Shown here: positions 20,128 through 29,609 of the stretch, in pieces | How the letters are laid out: every line of letters starts with the position of its first letter | Position numbering within the stretch: position 1 is the stretch's first letter | DNA from: a virus | Taxonomy: Duplodnaviria > Caudoviricetes | Length of the DNA: 64,000 bases | Reading direction: 5' to 3' (one strand) | IMG/VR virus record: IMGVR_UViG_3300028833_000068 | Span: 107,412-171,411 of that record | Position numbers and translations under genes: made by a program | The notes under the pieces: generated by a model | Told to the model about the DNA's origin: nothing | Databases searched by the model: none | What the model saw: only the letters and a program-made list of their open reading frames with translations

Positions 20128-20859
20128 ATGAAGAAAATACTTTTACGAGATAGAATAAAACCTTTCTTGAACGAAGAAATCGATAGTGATAGCGTATTAC
20201 AATCGATTCGCAATAAGAATAAAGTTAGGATACGCTATGATGATGGTATGGAGGACAATGGCGGTAACTCCAAGGGTAGCCGTGTCATCATGCCTATGGC
20301 TATTGGTACAACTAAGAAAGGGTATCCAGTAGTAAGAGCATGGCAAGAAGGTGGTGGCTCTCGTAGAGGTATACCAAAGTGGAAATTCTTCAGATTAGAT
20401 CGTATTACATCTTGGCAACCATTAAGGAATAAAAAGTTCTTCCAAGCCCCAGATGGCTATAACCCAAATGGGGATAAAACAATGGGAACATTTGTTGATA
20501 ATGCAAAGTTTAATGATTTTATTAGCCCATTAGAGAGGGAGAAAATGCGTTATCAAAATGATGTTAAGTTTGGCCAGCAAAAGAACAACCCCCAAGGACC
20601 TATTCAACAACCAAGAGTTACACAACAATGGAAGAAGAATGTTTATACTTCTCAGCCAAACAGTAAGAAGTATGCTGACATAAGGAAAAATATTGATGCA
20701 ACGCCAAAAAAAGACGATGATTTTTGGAAGTTGTTTGACCTTAATGATGCTGAACAAACAATGGCGCAGAATCCGCAAGGACCAATTAATAATAATAGTT
20801 ATGATTCAGATGAAGTAGACTTCAATGAAGACGAATTTTTAAACAATAACAGAAGATAG
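20128..20859 (+). CDS. WYL-domain protein with low-complexity C-terminus
   Basis: VRIRY...R.I.P..IG....VRAWQ...WKFFRLDRI. Confidence 0.8.
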   Translation: MKKILLRDRIKPFLNEEIDSDSVLQSIRNKNKVRIRYDDGMEDNGGNSKGSRVIMPMAIGTTKKGYPVVRAWQEGGGSRRGIPKWKFFRLDRITSWQPLRNKKFFQAPDGYNPNGDKTMGTFVDNAKFNDFISPLEREKMRYQNDVKFGQQKNNPQGPIQQPRVTQQWKKNVYTSQPNSKKYADIRKNIDATPKKDDDFWKLFDLNDAEQTMAQNPQGPINNNSYDSDEVDFNEDEFLNNNRR

Positions 20860-20860
20860 T

Positions 20861-21559
20861 ATGGCAAATAATAACGTAAATAGAGAGTCTGTCGTAAAAA
20901 ACGCAATGTCTAGGGCTGCAAAACTAATGCAGTTGGAATCAAATGGAACACTTGATAAAATAGCTAAAGACCCAAACTTTAAGGCAAATATCAATAATTC
21001 ACTTGAGAATGGTGAGATAATGACGAAAGACTTAATGACAACTGCAAGGAATAGAAAGACTGAAGCCCCAATGATTACAAGGGAAATGGGAGAAAATGCA
21101 AGCAATGTTCCAGCAGCAATCAGAGAAGCCTTTATGAATAACCCAATTGATGAGTCTAGCTTATACGGTGCATTTGGCGGAGGTGGAGATGGTAGTTTAG
21201 ATTTCTTAAATGAGGTAACAATGCCACAACAGCAGCCACAAATTACACAACCAACACAAGATGTTAGACAAATTGTGAATGAAGGAATGGGTGGACACAC
21301 ACAAATGCAGTATACTCCTTCAGCACAGATTGACTATCCAATGATTAGAACAATTGTTGAAGAGATTGTAAGAAAGTATGCTGTATCTCTTAAGAAGAAC
21401 ATACTTTCGGAGGGAAAACAAGAGCCAATGAGTCAAGTGAATACGATTGCATTGGGAGAAACTTTTAAATTTCTAACAAAAAACGGGGATATATATGAGT
21501 GCACCATGAAGAAAGTATCAAATATTAATGGTATGAAAAAGAAAAAAGGCATCAACTAA
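20861..21559 (+). CDS. Hypothetical protein (possible head core/scaffold-like)
   Basis: Q/P-rich linker, IRTIVEEIV and VRQIVNE tag-like segments. Confidence 0.55.
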   Translation: MANNNVNRESVVKNAMSRAAKLMQLESNGTLDKIAKDPNFKANINNSLENGEIMTKDLMTTARNRKTEAPMITREMGENASNVPAAIREAFMNNPIDESSLYGAFGGGGDGSLDFLNEVTMPQQQPQITQPTQDVRQIVNEGMGGHTQMQYTPSAQIDYPMIRTIVEEIVRKYAVSLKKNILSEGKQEPMSQVNTIALGETFKFLTKNGDIYECTMKKVSNINGMKKKKGIN

Positions 21560-21571
21560 TGCCTTTTTTTT
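21542..21571 (+). terminator. Intrinsic terminator
   Basis: aaaaggcat...atgcctttttt followed by a T-run. Confidence 0.7.
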
Positions 21572-21614
21572 GTTAAAATAGTTTAAATATTTTGGATAAT
21601 CCATATATATTTAG

Positions 21615-21622
21615 TATATTTG
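21615..21622 (+). promoter_or_regulatory. Bacteroidota-type -7 element TATATTTG
   Basis: TTTG upstream; ATG only 4 nt downstream. Confidence 0.65.
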
Positions 21623-21626
21623 CAAT

Positions 21627-21860
21627 ATGAATAAGATAAATTGGTTTTGGAAATGTGAATTCCTTGACAAGGATGGAAAGTCAGTTTGGAAGATGCTTTC
21701 AGCGTCAACGCATCTTGGGGCAAAGAAACGTGCCTATGAGGTTGCATTCAACAGCAATGGGGAATTAGACCCCAAATATGAGACAATTAGGGAAGCAACA
21801 AAGAAAGAGGTTGCAGAGTTTAAGAAGATGCTTAAAGATAGGATAAAGAAAAAAAGTTAG
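21627..21860 (+). CDS. Small hypothetical early protein
   Basis: 77-aa ORF after host-type promoter. Confidence 0.65.
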   Translation: MNKINWFWKCEFLDKDGKSVWKMLSASTHLGAKKRAYEVAFNSNGELDPKYETIREATKKEVAEFKKMLKDRIKKKS

Positions 21861-21866
21861 AAAATA

Positions 21867-21898
21867 TTTGGTTTTATCAGGAATTTTTTATATCTTTG
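21867..21898 (+). promoter_or_regulatory. Bacteroidota-type promoter (TTTG...TATCTTTG)
   Basis: Consensus -33/-7 elements. Confidence 0.65.
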
Positions 21899-21915
21899 CA
21901 AAAACATTTTAGACT

Positions 21916-22347
21916 ATGGTTAAAATATATGTTGCAGCTTATAAAAATTTCAATGATTACAAGACCTTAAAGAAAGTATATGACTATTTCTTAAGCAAGC
22001 AAGATAAAGAAAATATCTTATTCTATGCCACTACTGGGGAGCGTGGCGATAACCTCTGTATGAAATATATACGAGAAAATGGCTATAACTATGTTGATTG
22101 GCTTCCAAATAAATGGAATAAGAATAGAGCAAAGGAAAAAGAACCATTTATTAGGGATTCTGACCATGTTATATTAATAACAGATGGAAATAGCAAGGGA
22201 ATTGGTGTTGCCTTTAATTATGCAGCGAAATATATCCAAGGAAAAATAGTTCAAGTCAGAATGCAATGTGGCGATTTGTTGGTGTTTACAAAAGAAAGAT
22301 TTGAAAATAATGAAGAGCCAATTAAAATATTATTAAACAAATTTTAA
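21916..22347 (+). CDS. Divergent SLOG-family (DUF2493/YspA-like) protein
   Basis: KIYVAA.KNFNDY..L....DY.LS...GERGD.L...Y..E.GY...DG.SKG pattern. Confidence 0.55.
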   Translation: MVKIYVAAYKNFNDYKTLKKVYDYFLSKQDKENILFYATTGERGDNLCMKYIRENGYNYVDWLPNKWNKNRAKEKEPFIRDSDHVILITDGNSKGIGVAFNYAAKYIQGKIVQVRMQCGDLLVFTKERFENNEEPIKILLNKF

Positions 22348-22359
22348 AATAATAAACGC

Positions 22360-22587
22360 ATGGAAGAAAATTTTGATAGAGAGTATTATATTGCTGCAAT
22401 CTGTGATAAGTTTGGCTGTGATGATGATGTAGATGTTGAAGCTTATTTTAAAGCTGTAGATGAAGCGATTGACAAAACATTACAGTCATATACCAAAAAT
22501 GGAAAACCCTTAGTCGAAGACTGGGATATGTTCGACCAAGAGTTATATACAAATGCTTCTAAAGAATTAGAAAAACTATATGATTAG
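22360..22587 (+). CDS. Hypothetical acidic protein
   Basis: 75-aa ORF. Confidence 0.6.
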   Translation: MEENFDREYYIAAICDKFGCDDDVDVEAYFKAVDEAIDKTLQSYTKNGKPLVEDWDMFDQELYTNASKELEKLYD

Positions 22588-24506
22588 AAACCAGAATTGG
22601 AGTATGCGTTAACAAGACATAATAAGTTGCTAGAATTCTGTTCTGGCAACTTTTCTTCTAATGCATCAATTACTATCTTCAAAGTTGCGCCACTATTGAT
22701 GTCCTCATCAAAAATCAAAAACTTTGCATTCTTGAATCTATTCATCAATTCCCCATTTGACATATATTCGTCAGCAATGATGTAAAGATTCGATAAGAAA
22801 GGGCGAAACATCTTTTTAAAGCTAGTTATCTTGAATTTCTTTATATTGAATCTAAGTTTATAACCATTATTCTTCAAAATATCAGAATATTTCAATACTA
22901 AATTCATTGTTTCCATTAGTAATGAATTAAAAACCTTTATTCCTATTTTTGTCTTAATTCTAAATACCACCTCATTAAATATTCTTTTTGAATCATACTG
23001 TTTTGAGTATAACTTTTTCTTTTCTTTTAAGAAATTTTTTACTAAGTGTGAAGATACGTTGTCACCATCATTCATGTTTTCAAGAATAGTATTATAGGCA
23101 TAAATCATGACACAATCAAAAACTTCATTTAAAGAAAACTTTTCTCTACTACTTCTCTCAATGGATATAGTACCAAAAACATTTTCATTATTATAAATAA
23201 ATTTACGAATAGGTTCAGACACCATATAGCCAATTTCATTGTATGCTATGTTTTTAGCTTGGCTTTCAAACTCAAGTACATCCTTTGGTGAAAATCCCTT
23301 TGACAATAAATCTTGACCATCTGCATATCTTACATTAATAACATTTCTCTTAAAGAAATCATTAATATACCTAATACCTAACTTATTTGATAAGTTTCTA
23401 CAGTAATATTCATTAAAGCTAGAAGATGATGGGGCAGAAACTATAAAATCTGGGCTAAAGTTCTCTTTCCTTAATGCGTATGCAGCATAATTAACAGATT
23501 TATCCAAGAACTGAGCAACACTAGAATATGCTCCACCGCCATTTAATCCATATTGTTGTTTGAAGTGTCCATCTTTAACGCCATTTAATGAAAAGTTTTG
23601 AGCAACATTTGGCTGTATTGTTTTATCATACATTATATCCAAAGTTTTAAGATTTCCATTCTGGTCAACTTCCCTATCCTTTTCACCAATACCTAAAATG
23701 TCATCAGTATTTCCATTTTGTCTCACTGTTCCATGCTTAATTGCATCACTAAAATTGAAATCAGTCATAGAGAATAAAGATATATACTTTACATTGGTAT
23801 TTGGAACAATACCAGTGATGTATCTTGCGACATCTTTGTTCATAGATTTATTGCATAAATCAATAATTTTATCGTTTGGAAGAGATGTAACCCATTTATT
23901 AATTGTTACTCTTGTAGCTTGGTCTAAATTATCAGGCAAAACAAGTTCTCCAATACGACCGCCTTTAACCCAATCAATGACCATTTTATATACATTATCA
24001 GAATTTGAAATTCTATTACGAGTCATTGATAGTCTATTATAATCAGATTCTATTCTTGTTATAGATTTCTTGCATAAATCTATAACCCTATTATCTGAAA
24101 ATCTAGATGATAACCACCTATTTATTGCTGTTTCTGTAACCTTATCCAAACCTTCTGGTAACTTACACTCACCAACTCTGCCCCCATTAATCCAATTAAT
24201 TACTGTTTTATATGCATTAATTGCAGCACTTTTCGAATTATAATCTTGTTCCAATGATTTGGAAGTGCCAAGAGGTTTACCTGTTTTTGATAACATCTTA
24301 CCATGCAAAATATCATCCTTTGTGCCAAATACACGAGTATCGACACTATTTGTACCCTTATTGGAGTTATTATCCTTATTTTGATTTATAGACATACTTA
24401 TCTTACCATCATCAGTCTTAGACCAATCTACACCCTCTAATGATAGTATCTTTGACTCATTTATATAAACCCTTTTTGGATTATTTATCTTTGTATATAA
24501 TATCAT
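22584..24506 (-). CDS. Phosphoribosyltransferase-fold protein with N-terminal tag and internal duplication
   Basis: PDFIVSAPSSS.FN and LIFDEDINSGATL (PRPP-binding loop); KRVYINESK tag. Confidence 0.7.
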   Translation of the reverse strand: MILYTKINNPKRVYINESKILSLEGVDWSKTDDGKISMSINQNKDNNSNKGTNSVDTRVFGTKDDILHGKMLSKTGKPLGTSKSLEQDYNSKSAAINAYKTVINWINGGRVGECKLPEGLDKVTETAINRWLSSRFSDNRVIDLCKKSITRIESDYNRLSMTRNRISNSDNVYKMVIDWVKGGRIGELVLPDNLDQATRVTINKWVTSLPNDKIIDLCNKSMNKDVARYITGIVPNTNVKYISLFSMTDFNFSDAIKHGTVRQNGNTDDILGIGEKDREVDQNGNLKTLDIMYDKTIQPNVAQNFSLNGVKDGHFKQQYGLNGGGAYSSVAQFLDKSVNYAAYALRKENFSPDFIVSAPSSSSFNEYYCRNLSNKLGIRYINDFFKRNVINVRYADGQDLLSKGFSPKDVLEFESQAKNIAYNEIGYMVSEPIRKFIYNNENVFGTISIERSSREKFSLNEVFDCVMIYAYNTILENMNDGDNVSSHLVKNFLKEKKKLYSKQYDSKRIFNEVVFRIKTKIGIKVFNSLLMETMNLVLKYSDILKNNGYKLRFNIKKFKITSFKKMFRPFLSNLYIIADEYMSNGELMNRFKNAKFLIFDEDINSGATLKIVIDALEEKLPEQNSSNLLCLVNAYSNSGF

Positions 24507-24511
24507 ATAAC

Positions 24512-25576
24512 TTATTTATTTCCAAATTTATGGCGATATTGGGTTTGATTGTTATTAAGCCAACTTTTCATTTTTTGGTCGCCTTCATATCTGCCATTGT
24601 TATTTATTACCTTTACATGGAAAAGAGATTCCATATCACCTTTCATCAAAGTTTTTCCATTTTTATCAACTACTTTAACACCTTCAAAATATTCTAAATC
24701 CTCAATATTATTACTATTATATTGTAAATATTGTTCTTTTTCATTATCTGTCATTGGTAATAAAAGCAAAAAGTTATGAGCTGAATTAGCATTAAATATT
24801 ACTTCATTCTTTTCACCAAAAGCAGACCAAGCGTTAAATCCATTTGCTTGGAATATTACACCACACCATTCTTCATCATAATCTTTTATTTGCTGTACTA
24901 TACCATACCAATTATCATCATCGTCTAATTGACATGAAAAACACAACCCACTACTAGATAATTCTTTGGCTACTTCTATATCTTGTGTTGCTCTAAAATT
25001 TAAGTCAGTAATACAACTTTTAAACCCTTCTTTCATTATTTTGTAACCAACATCTTGTGTTGTAATATGTATTAGCCAAGAATTTTTGTTCAAACCTATT
25101 TTCCCCTTTACTGGATTGAACAAATCTTTTTGCAAATATCTATGAGTTTGTTTAGCTAAATCAGAAGGACTATCTGTTGTCCCTAAACTTCTCATAGCGT
25201 TGCTTGTCATCGTATCTAAATACTCATTGATGGTTTCTGTTATTAGCTTACTTATGTTAATAAAACTCTCGTTTTTTTCCCATTCATAATCTTTATTATC
25301 CCTCTCACCATTGTAGGTATAGTAATCACCCTCTCTCGCTTGTTTTAAAGCCCTCTGAGGCATTTTCATTCCTATCTTCTTGTCATACTCCACAGCTTTA
25401 TTAAAATGTCTTGTAATGGCTGTAATTAGACTTGAGTCATAACCAACCTTGCCGCCAATACGCTTCAAGTTATAACCAAGTTTAACTGCCATGTAACTAA
25501 TGGTTTTAGGGTTAAACTTATAACATTGTCCCTCAGTTCGGAATCTTTTTATTATTTCGTTTACTGTTAATAACAT
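24512..25576 (-). CDS. Modular protein, possibly with an ART-like C-terminal domain
   Basis: NES..ISKLITETINEYL linker; WLIHIT...I.KEGF...CFS...E..EVI. Confidence 0.4.
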   Translation of the reverse strand: MLLTVNEIIKRFRTEGQCYKFNPKTISYMAVKLGYNLKRIGGKVGYDSSLITAITRHFNKAVEYDKKIGMKMPQRALKQAREGDYYTYNGERDNKDYEWEKNESFINISKLITETINEYLDTMTSNAMRSLGTTDSPSDLAKQTHRYLQKDLFNPVKGKIGLNKNSWLIHITTQDVGYKIMKEGFKSCITDLNFRATQDIEVAKELSSSGLCFSCQLDDDDNWYGIVQQIKDYDEEWCGVIFQANGFNAWSAFGEKNEVIFNANSAHNFLLLLPMTDNEKEQYLQYNSNNIEDLEYFEGVKVVDKNGKTLMKGDMESLFHVKVINNNGRYEGDQKMKSWLNNNQTQYRHKFGNK

Positions 25577-25605
25577 TTTGTTTTATTTTTTTTGTTTTAT
25601 TTTTT

Positions 25606-25627
25606 TAATAAATATCGATATTTATTA
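25606..25627. promoter_or_regulatory. Perfect 22-bp palindrome made of two back-to-back GATATTTAT motifs
   Basis: TAATAAATATCGATATTTATTA between divergent genes 25576 (-) and 25645 (+). Confidence 0.7.
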
Positions 25628-25644
25628 TAAAATATATATATATT

Positions 25645-25935
25645 ATGGATAGAAAATTAATCAGATTAACAGAAGCAGACCTCCATAGAATTGTAAAAGA
25701 ATCAGTGAATAGGATATTAAAGGAAGGTTATGTTGACGATACAATAGAAACTTATGGAAATCCACCATATACAGCCTCTTTCAAATATGAAGGTGATTGG
25801 ACTCCTTGTAATAACCCTAATGATTTGGAAGATTATATGATTGATGTCGAGAATCACTATAACTCTACTATGGGAGAATGCGGAAGAGCAACAATATATA
25901 ATAGCGATGGGGAAGATATATGGAGTCTTGGATGA
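25645..25935 (+). CDS. Small tagged protein (LIRLTEADLHRIVKESVNRILKE + acidic domain)
   Basis: ORF + tag. Confidence 0.75.
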   Translation: MDRKLIRLTEADLHRIVKESVNRILKEGYVDDTIETYGNPPYTASFKYEGDWTPCNNPNDLEDYMIDVENHYNSTMGECGRATIYNSDGEDIWSLG

Positions 25936-25971
25936 AAATAATAAAAGTAAAGAAAAAAATTTAATTTTAAT

Positions 25972-26727
25972 ATGAGTATAATAAATGAATGGTCTCCGTT
26001 TCCTAAAAATAAGGATTGGAGAAAGAAAGGACAAGAAAAACCAAAGACTACCCCTAATCCAAACCCACATGATGATAAAAAAGGTTGGGGAACAAAGACT
26101 AATAAGGAAAAAGAAGACGATTGGTATCAAAACGAATCTAGAAATATGAATGAAGATAAATGGAAAGATGCATATAGAACATCTGATGGTAAAATTATAC
26201 AGTACAGTAGACCATATCAAGGCAGTAAAAATAAAAACTTTAGAACAATAAATGCACCACAACCAAAACCAAGTAATGCATATAATGATTTTGACGAAGG
26301 ATGGAGAGATGAATATGCTGACAAAAATGGTAAAACTATTGCTCAATCAAGGATAAACCCAACAACCAAGAAAAGAGAATTTAGAATCCCAAAGAATGAG
26401 TCTGTTGTACCTAAGAAACTTATAAGATTAACAGAATCAGACCTTCATAGAATCATTAAAGAGTCTGTAAATAGAATTCTTAACGAAGATTGGGCTGATG
26501 ACCTTTGTCAAAAAATGAAAGGCGCACTTGGAACAGTCGGAAATCCATACCCACAAGGAAAATCTGAATTTGCTGTCCCTAGTATGGATGAATTAACGCC
26601 AGAGGAACTTGAATTTGTGAGCAAAGCTGTAAATGGTATGGGAAGATGGGGTCGTCTTTGCATAGTCAGAGACGCAAGACGTAGTGGCATGCCATTGGGA
26701 GAATATTTAATTCATAGAAAAGGGTAA
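25972..26727 (+). CDS. Modular tagged protein
   Basis: Internal LIRLTESDLHRIIKESVNRILNE; two W[KR]D.Y....GK.I..SR repeats. Confidence 0.7.
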   Translation: MSIINEWSPFPKNKDWRKKGQEKPKTTPNPNPHDDKKGWGTKTNKEKEDDWYQNESRNMNEDKWKDAYRTSDGKIIQYSRPYQGSKNKNFRTINAPQPKPSNAYNDFDEGWRDEYADKNGKTIAQSRINPTTKKREFRIPKNESVVPKKLIRLTESDLHRIIKESVNRILNEDWADDLCQKMKGALGTVGNPYPQGKSEFAVPSMDELTPEELEFVSKAVNGMGRWGRLCIVRDARRSGMPLGEYLIHRKG

Positions 26728-26750
26728 TCTTAAACGGTTACTCTTTTTTT
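26718..26750 (+). terminator. Intrinsic terminator
   Basis: aaaagggtaatc...ggttactctttt + T-run. Confidence 0.65.
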
Positions 26751-26759
26751 TTATTTTTA

Positions 26760-26791
26760 TTTGCTTTTTTAACTTTTTTTATATATCTTTG
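26760..26791 (+). promoter_or_regulatory. Bacteroidota-type promoter (TTTG...TATCTTTG)
   Basis: Consensus -33/-7 elements. Confidence 0.65.
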
Positions 26792-26807
26792 CAAAAATTA
26801 ATTTTTT

Positions 26808-27089
26808 ATGCAGTACAAAATTTTAAGAGGACATAACTTAAAAGAAGGCAGAGGAATGGATTACATTCCAGAGGAAGGAGTCCTATGTTGGGGAATGGAT
26901 ACCAATGAATTGTTCATTGGAGATGGAAGAACAATGGTTAAAAACCTAAAAGGTATAGGCAACATCTGCAAAGCCCCAAATGGCAGATTATACGCTGTAG
27001 ATGTAGATAACTTTGGGCATGCAACAGTGAAACCATTGATGAGCAAATTAAACGGAATACAAAAAACAGTCGATTTTTACGCAGAATGA
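26808..27089 (+). CDS. Small protein resembling the Mtd_N/phage hyaluronidase N-terminal module
   Basis: P.EG.L....DT.EL.IGDG.T..KNL motif. Confidence 0.5.
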   Translation: MQYKILRGHNLKEGRGMDYIPEEGVLCWGMDTNELFIGDGRTMVKNLKGIGNICKAPNGRLYAVDVDNFGHATVKPLMSKLNGIQKTVDFYAE

Positions 27090-27179
27090 TTTTTTATAGG
27101 AAATATATTAAGAACTGATGACATCTTGGTATGTCTTAAGGTTTAACAAAAATAACAATACCTAACAATTTAAACTTTT

Positions 27180-29609
27180 ATGTTGAAACAAATTACAACT
27201 GACGTTGTTAACACCTTTCTATTAGGTCATGACCCAATGGAACACATCATTTCCATTGAATGTGGGTTCGATGAAGACAAGGTTAACATCATTTACGTAA
27301 ATGAAAAAGGTGAAAAACGTATTAAGCAAGACGATTTCAAACCATTCATTTGGGTAAAACATAGTGCTGCAATAAGACTATTCAATGGTAATAGAGCAGA
27401 ACTTAGAAAACAATTGAGATGGTATGGAATCTCAATTAAAAAACTAATCACCTCCAATGATAACGGAGAAGAACACGAAAGACTAGAAAGTGGATATAAA
27501 TACCTCTTTTATGCCACTAGAAAAATGAGCAATCAAGTGTTTCAAAGTTTCTTTTCAAAAGGTGGAGTACCCATCCATCCTAGACAGAAAAAAGGTGAAA
27601 CACAAAATGGAAATAAAGAGTTCATGGGAGTTACACCAGTTGAACAATATATGATTGCAACTGGACGAAGACTCTTTAAAGGCTATGACACATACGATGA
27701 ACTCAACAGATTCATCTTTGACTTGGAAACACAAGGACTCAACCCTAGAATACATAGGATTGAGCAAATTGGTATACACACAAATAAAGGATACAATAAG
27801 GTAATATCTGTCGAAGGCAATTCAAAAGAAGAACTAGATAAAAACGAAATTGCTGCAATCGAAGAGTTTTTGGAAATATTGGCTGACTTAAAACCAGATA
27901 CAGTAGTTGGGCATAATTCAGAAAACTTCGACTGGAACTTCTTTATCGTTCGCTGTGAAATGCTTGGGGTAGATTTTTCAGAACTTTCACTTAAATACTT
28001 TAGACACGCAATATATAAGAAGAAAAAAGAATCTGTACTTAAACTAGGAGGAGAAGTGGAATACTACTATCCAACAATTATGTGGGGACATAATGTTCTA
28101 GATTCACTACATGCAGCACGTAGGGCACAAGCCATCGACTCCAATATGAAATCTTCAAACTTGAAATATGTTACCAAATATCTTAATCTGAAGAAACAAA
28201 ATCGTGTGTATGTACCAGGTGATAAAATCACCACAACTTGGAACATCCAAGAAAAAGTATTTGGACTATGTGAAGATGATGGAGATTGGTATAGAGTAAC
28301 AGATAAAAGACCATTACTTAAAGGATATAATCTAGTAAGTGGCAGATATATAGTTGAAAGATATTTGTTAGATGACTTATGGGAGACTGATAAGGTAGAA
28401 GATAAACTAAACGAGTCTAACTTCCTTGTGGGTAAGATGTTACCAACCAACTTCTCAAGAACTTGTACAATGGGTACGGCTGGCATTTGGAAGCTCATCA
28501 TGCTTGCGTGGTGCTATGAAAATGACCTTGCAATACCATCAGCAGCACCAAATAAACGCTTTACTGGTGGACTTTCACGTCTCCTTAAGACTGGATTCGT
28601 TGACCGTATTGTAAAACTTGACTATAACTCACTTTATCCTTCAGTAATCCTTACATGGCATGTTTCAACACCAATTGACGTTATGAATGTCATGCTTTCA
28701 TTCCTTGAATATATCCTCACGCAACGAGAAAAATACAAGGAACTTAAGGCAGAAGCTGGAGATAACGTTGATAAGTTTAAGGAACTTCTTGAAAAGGCAG
28801 AAGGAGAAGAATTAAAGAAGATAGAAGAACAGATAAAGTATTGGAAAGCAGAGAAGAGTGGTAACGATAAGAAACAGTTGCCTCTTAAGATTCTTGCTAA
28901 TAGCTTCTTCGGAGGATACGGCTCTCCAAATGTATTCCCATTTGGAGACATCCTTGCAGCAGAAAAGACAACTTGCATCAGTCGTATGTCACTGAGACTT
29001 ATGATTTCTCACTTCAAGTCAATTGGTTATGAACCAATCGTAGGTGATTCGTTTACGGCAGATACTCCTTTATTCATTAAGTATGATATAGATGGAAAAA
29101 TTGATATTAAACCAATATGTGAATTAATTGGCAAGACAGAAACAGATGCTTTAGGCAGAGAATATGATACTTCTGAAAAACCATATAAAGTTCTTTGTAG
29201 AAGCGGTTGGATGAGACCTAAGTACATATACCGTCACAAGACAAATAAGCCGTTATACGAGATTTCTGAGGGTAATATGAGTGTTACAGTAACAGAAGAC
29301 CACAGCTTGTTTAATGATAAACAGCAGAAGATTAAACCAAGTGAAATAAACCAAAACACAAGATTAGAATATTATAAGGATAAGTTTTGGCATGGTGAAG
29401 GTTCTCATAAGGTTCATGGCAGTGTCATTACCTCTACAGCACGTATGCTTAAGAGAGGCGCACTAGACAGAGTACCAATGTTCTTATTCAATGATGTTAG
29501 CTTGGATTATATTAGGATGTTTCTTAATGAACTAGAAGGATGGGATTATTCTAATACAAGCAAGACTTGTCAAGCTGGAATAATGTTTTTAAAGAATAAA
29601 ATAAAATGA
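27180..29609 (+). CDS. polB: Family-B DNA polymerase, N-terminal part fused to a split-intein N-fragment
   Basis: FDLET (ExoI), GHNSENFD (ExoII), Y..DD (ExoIII), LDYNSLYPS (motif A), K...NS..G (motif B), ending VGD|SFTADTP intein start. Confidence 0.93.
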   Translation: MLKQITTDVVNTFLLGHDPMEHIISIECGFDEDKVNIIYVNEKGEKRIKQDDFKPFIWVKHSAAIRLFNGNRAELRKQLRWYGISIKKLITSNDNGEEHERLESGYKYLFYATRKMSNQVFQSFFSKGGVPIHPRQKKGETQNGNKEFMGVTPVEQYMIATGRRLFKGYDTYDELNRFIFDLETQGLNPRIHRIEQIGIHTNKGYNKVISVEGNSKEELDKNEIAAIEEFLEILADLKPDTVVGHNSENFDWNFFIVRCEMLGVDFSELSLKYFRHAIYKKKKESVLKLGGEVEYYYPTIMWGHNVLDSLHAARRAQAIDSNMKSSNLKYVTKYLNLKKQNRVYVPGDKITTTWNIQEKVFGLCEDDGDWYRVTDKRPLLKGYNLVSGRYIVERYLLDDLWETDKVEDKLNESNFLVGKMLPTNFSRTCTMGTAGIWKLIMLAWCYENDLAIPSAAPNKRFTGGLSRLLKTGFVDRIVKLDYNSLYPSVILTWHVSTPIDVMNVMLSFLEYILTQREKYKELKAEAGDNVDKFKELLEKAEGEELKKIEEQIKYWKAEKSGNDKKQLPLKILANSFFGGYGSPNVFPFGDILAAEKTTCISRMSLRLMISHFKSIGYEPIVGDSFTADTPLFIKYDIDGKIDIKPICELIGKTETDALGREYDTSEKPYKVLCRSGWMRPKYIYRHKTNKPLYEISEGNMSVTVTEDHSLFNDKQQKIKPSEINQNTRLEYYKDKFWHGEGSHKVHGSVITSTARMLKRGALDRVPMFLFNDVSLDYIRMFLNELEGWDYSNTSKTCQAGIMFLKNKIK
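29049..29606 (+). mobile_element. Split intein N-fragment (186 aa, Ser1)
   Basis: SFTADTP block A directly after VGD; YRHK; VTVTEDHSLF block B (TxxH); degenerate LAGLIDADG-like tail. Confidence 0.88.

Noticed and set aside
25717-26346. 209-aa minus-strand ORF and similar hydrophobic antisense ORFs (e.g. 12906..13382, 20839..21300, 39712..40272)
   Set aside because: Shadows of purine-rich coding strands that overlap better-supported genes
27115-27140. Hammerhead ribozyme (CTGATGA)
   Set aside because: No GAAA after the stem and no stem I/III partners found
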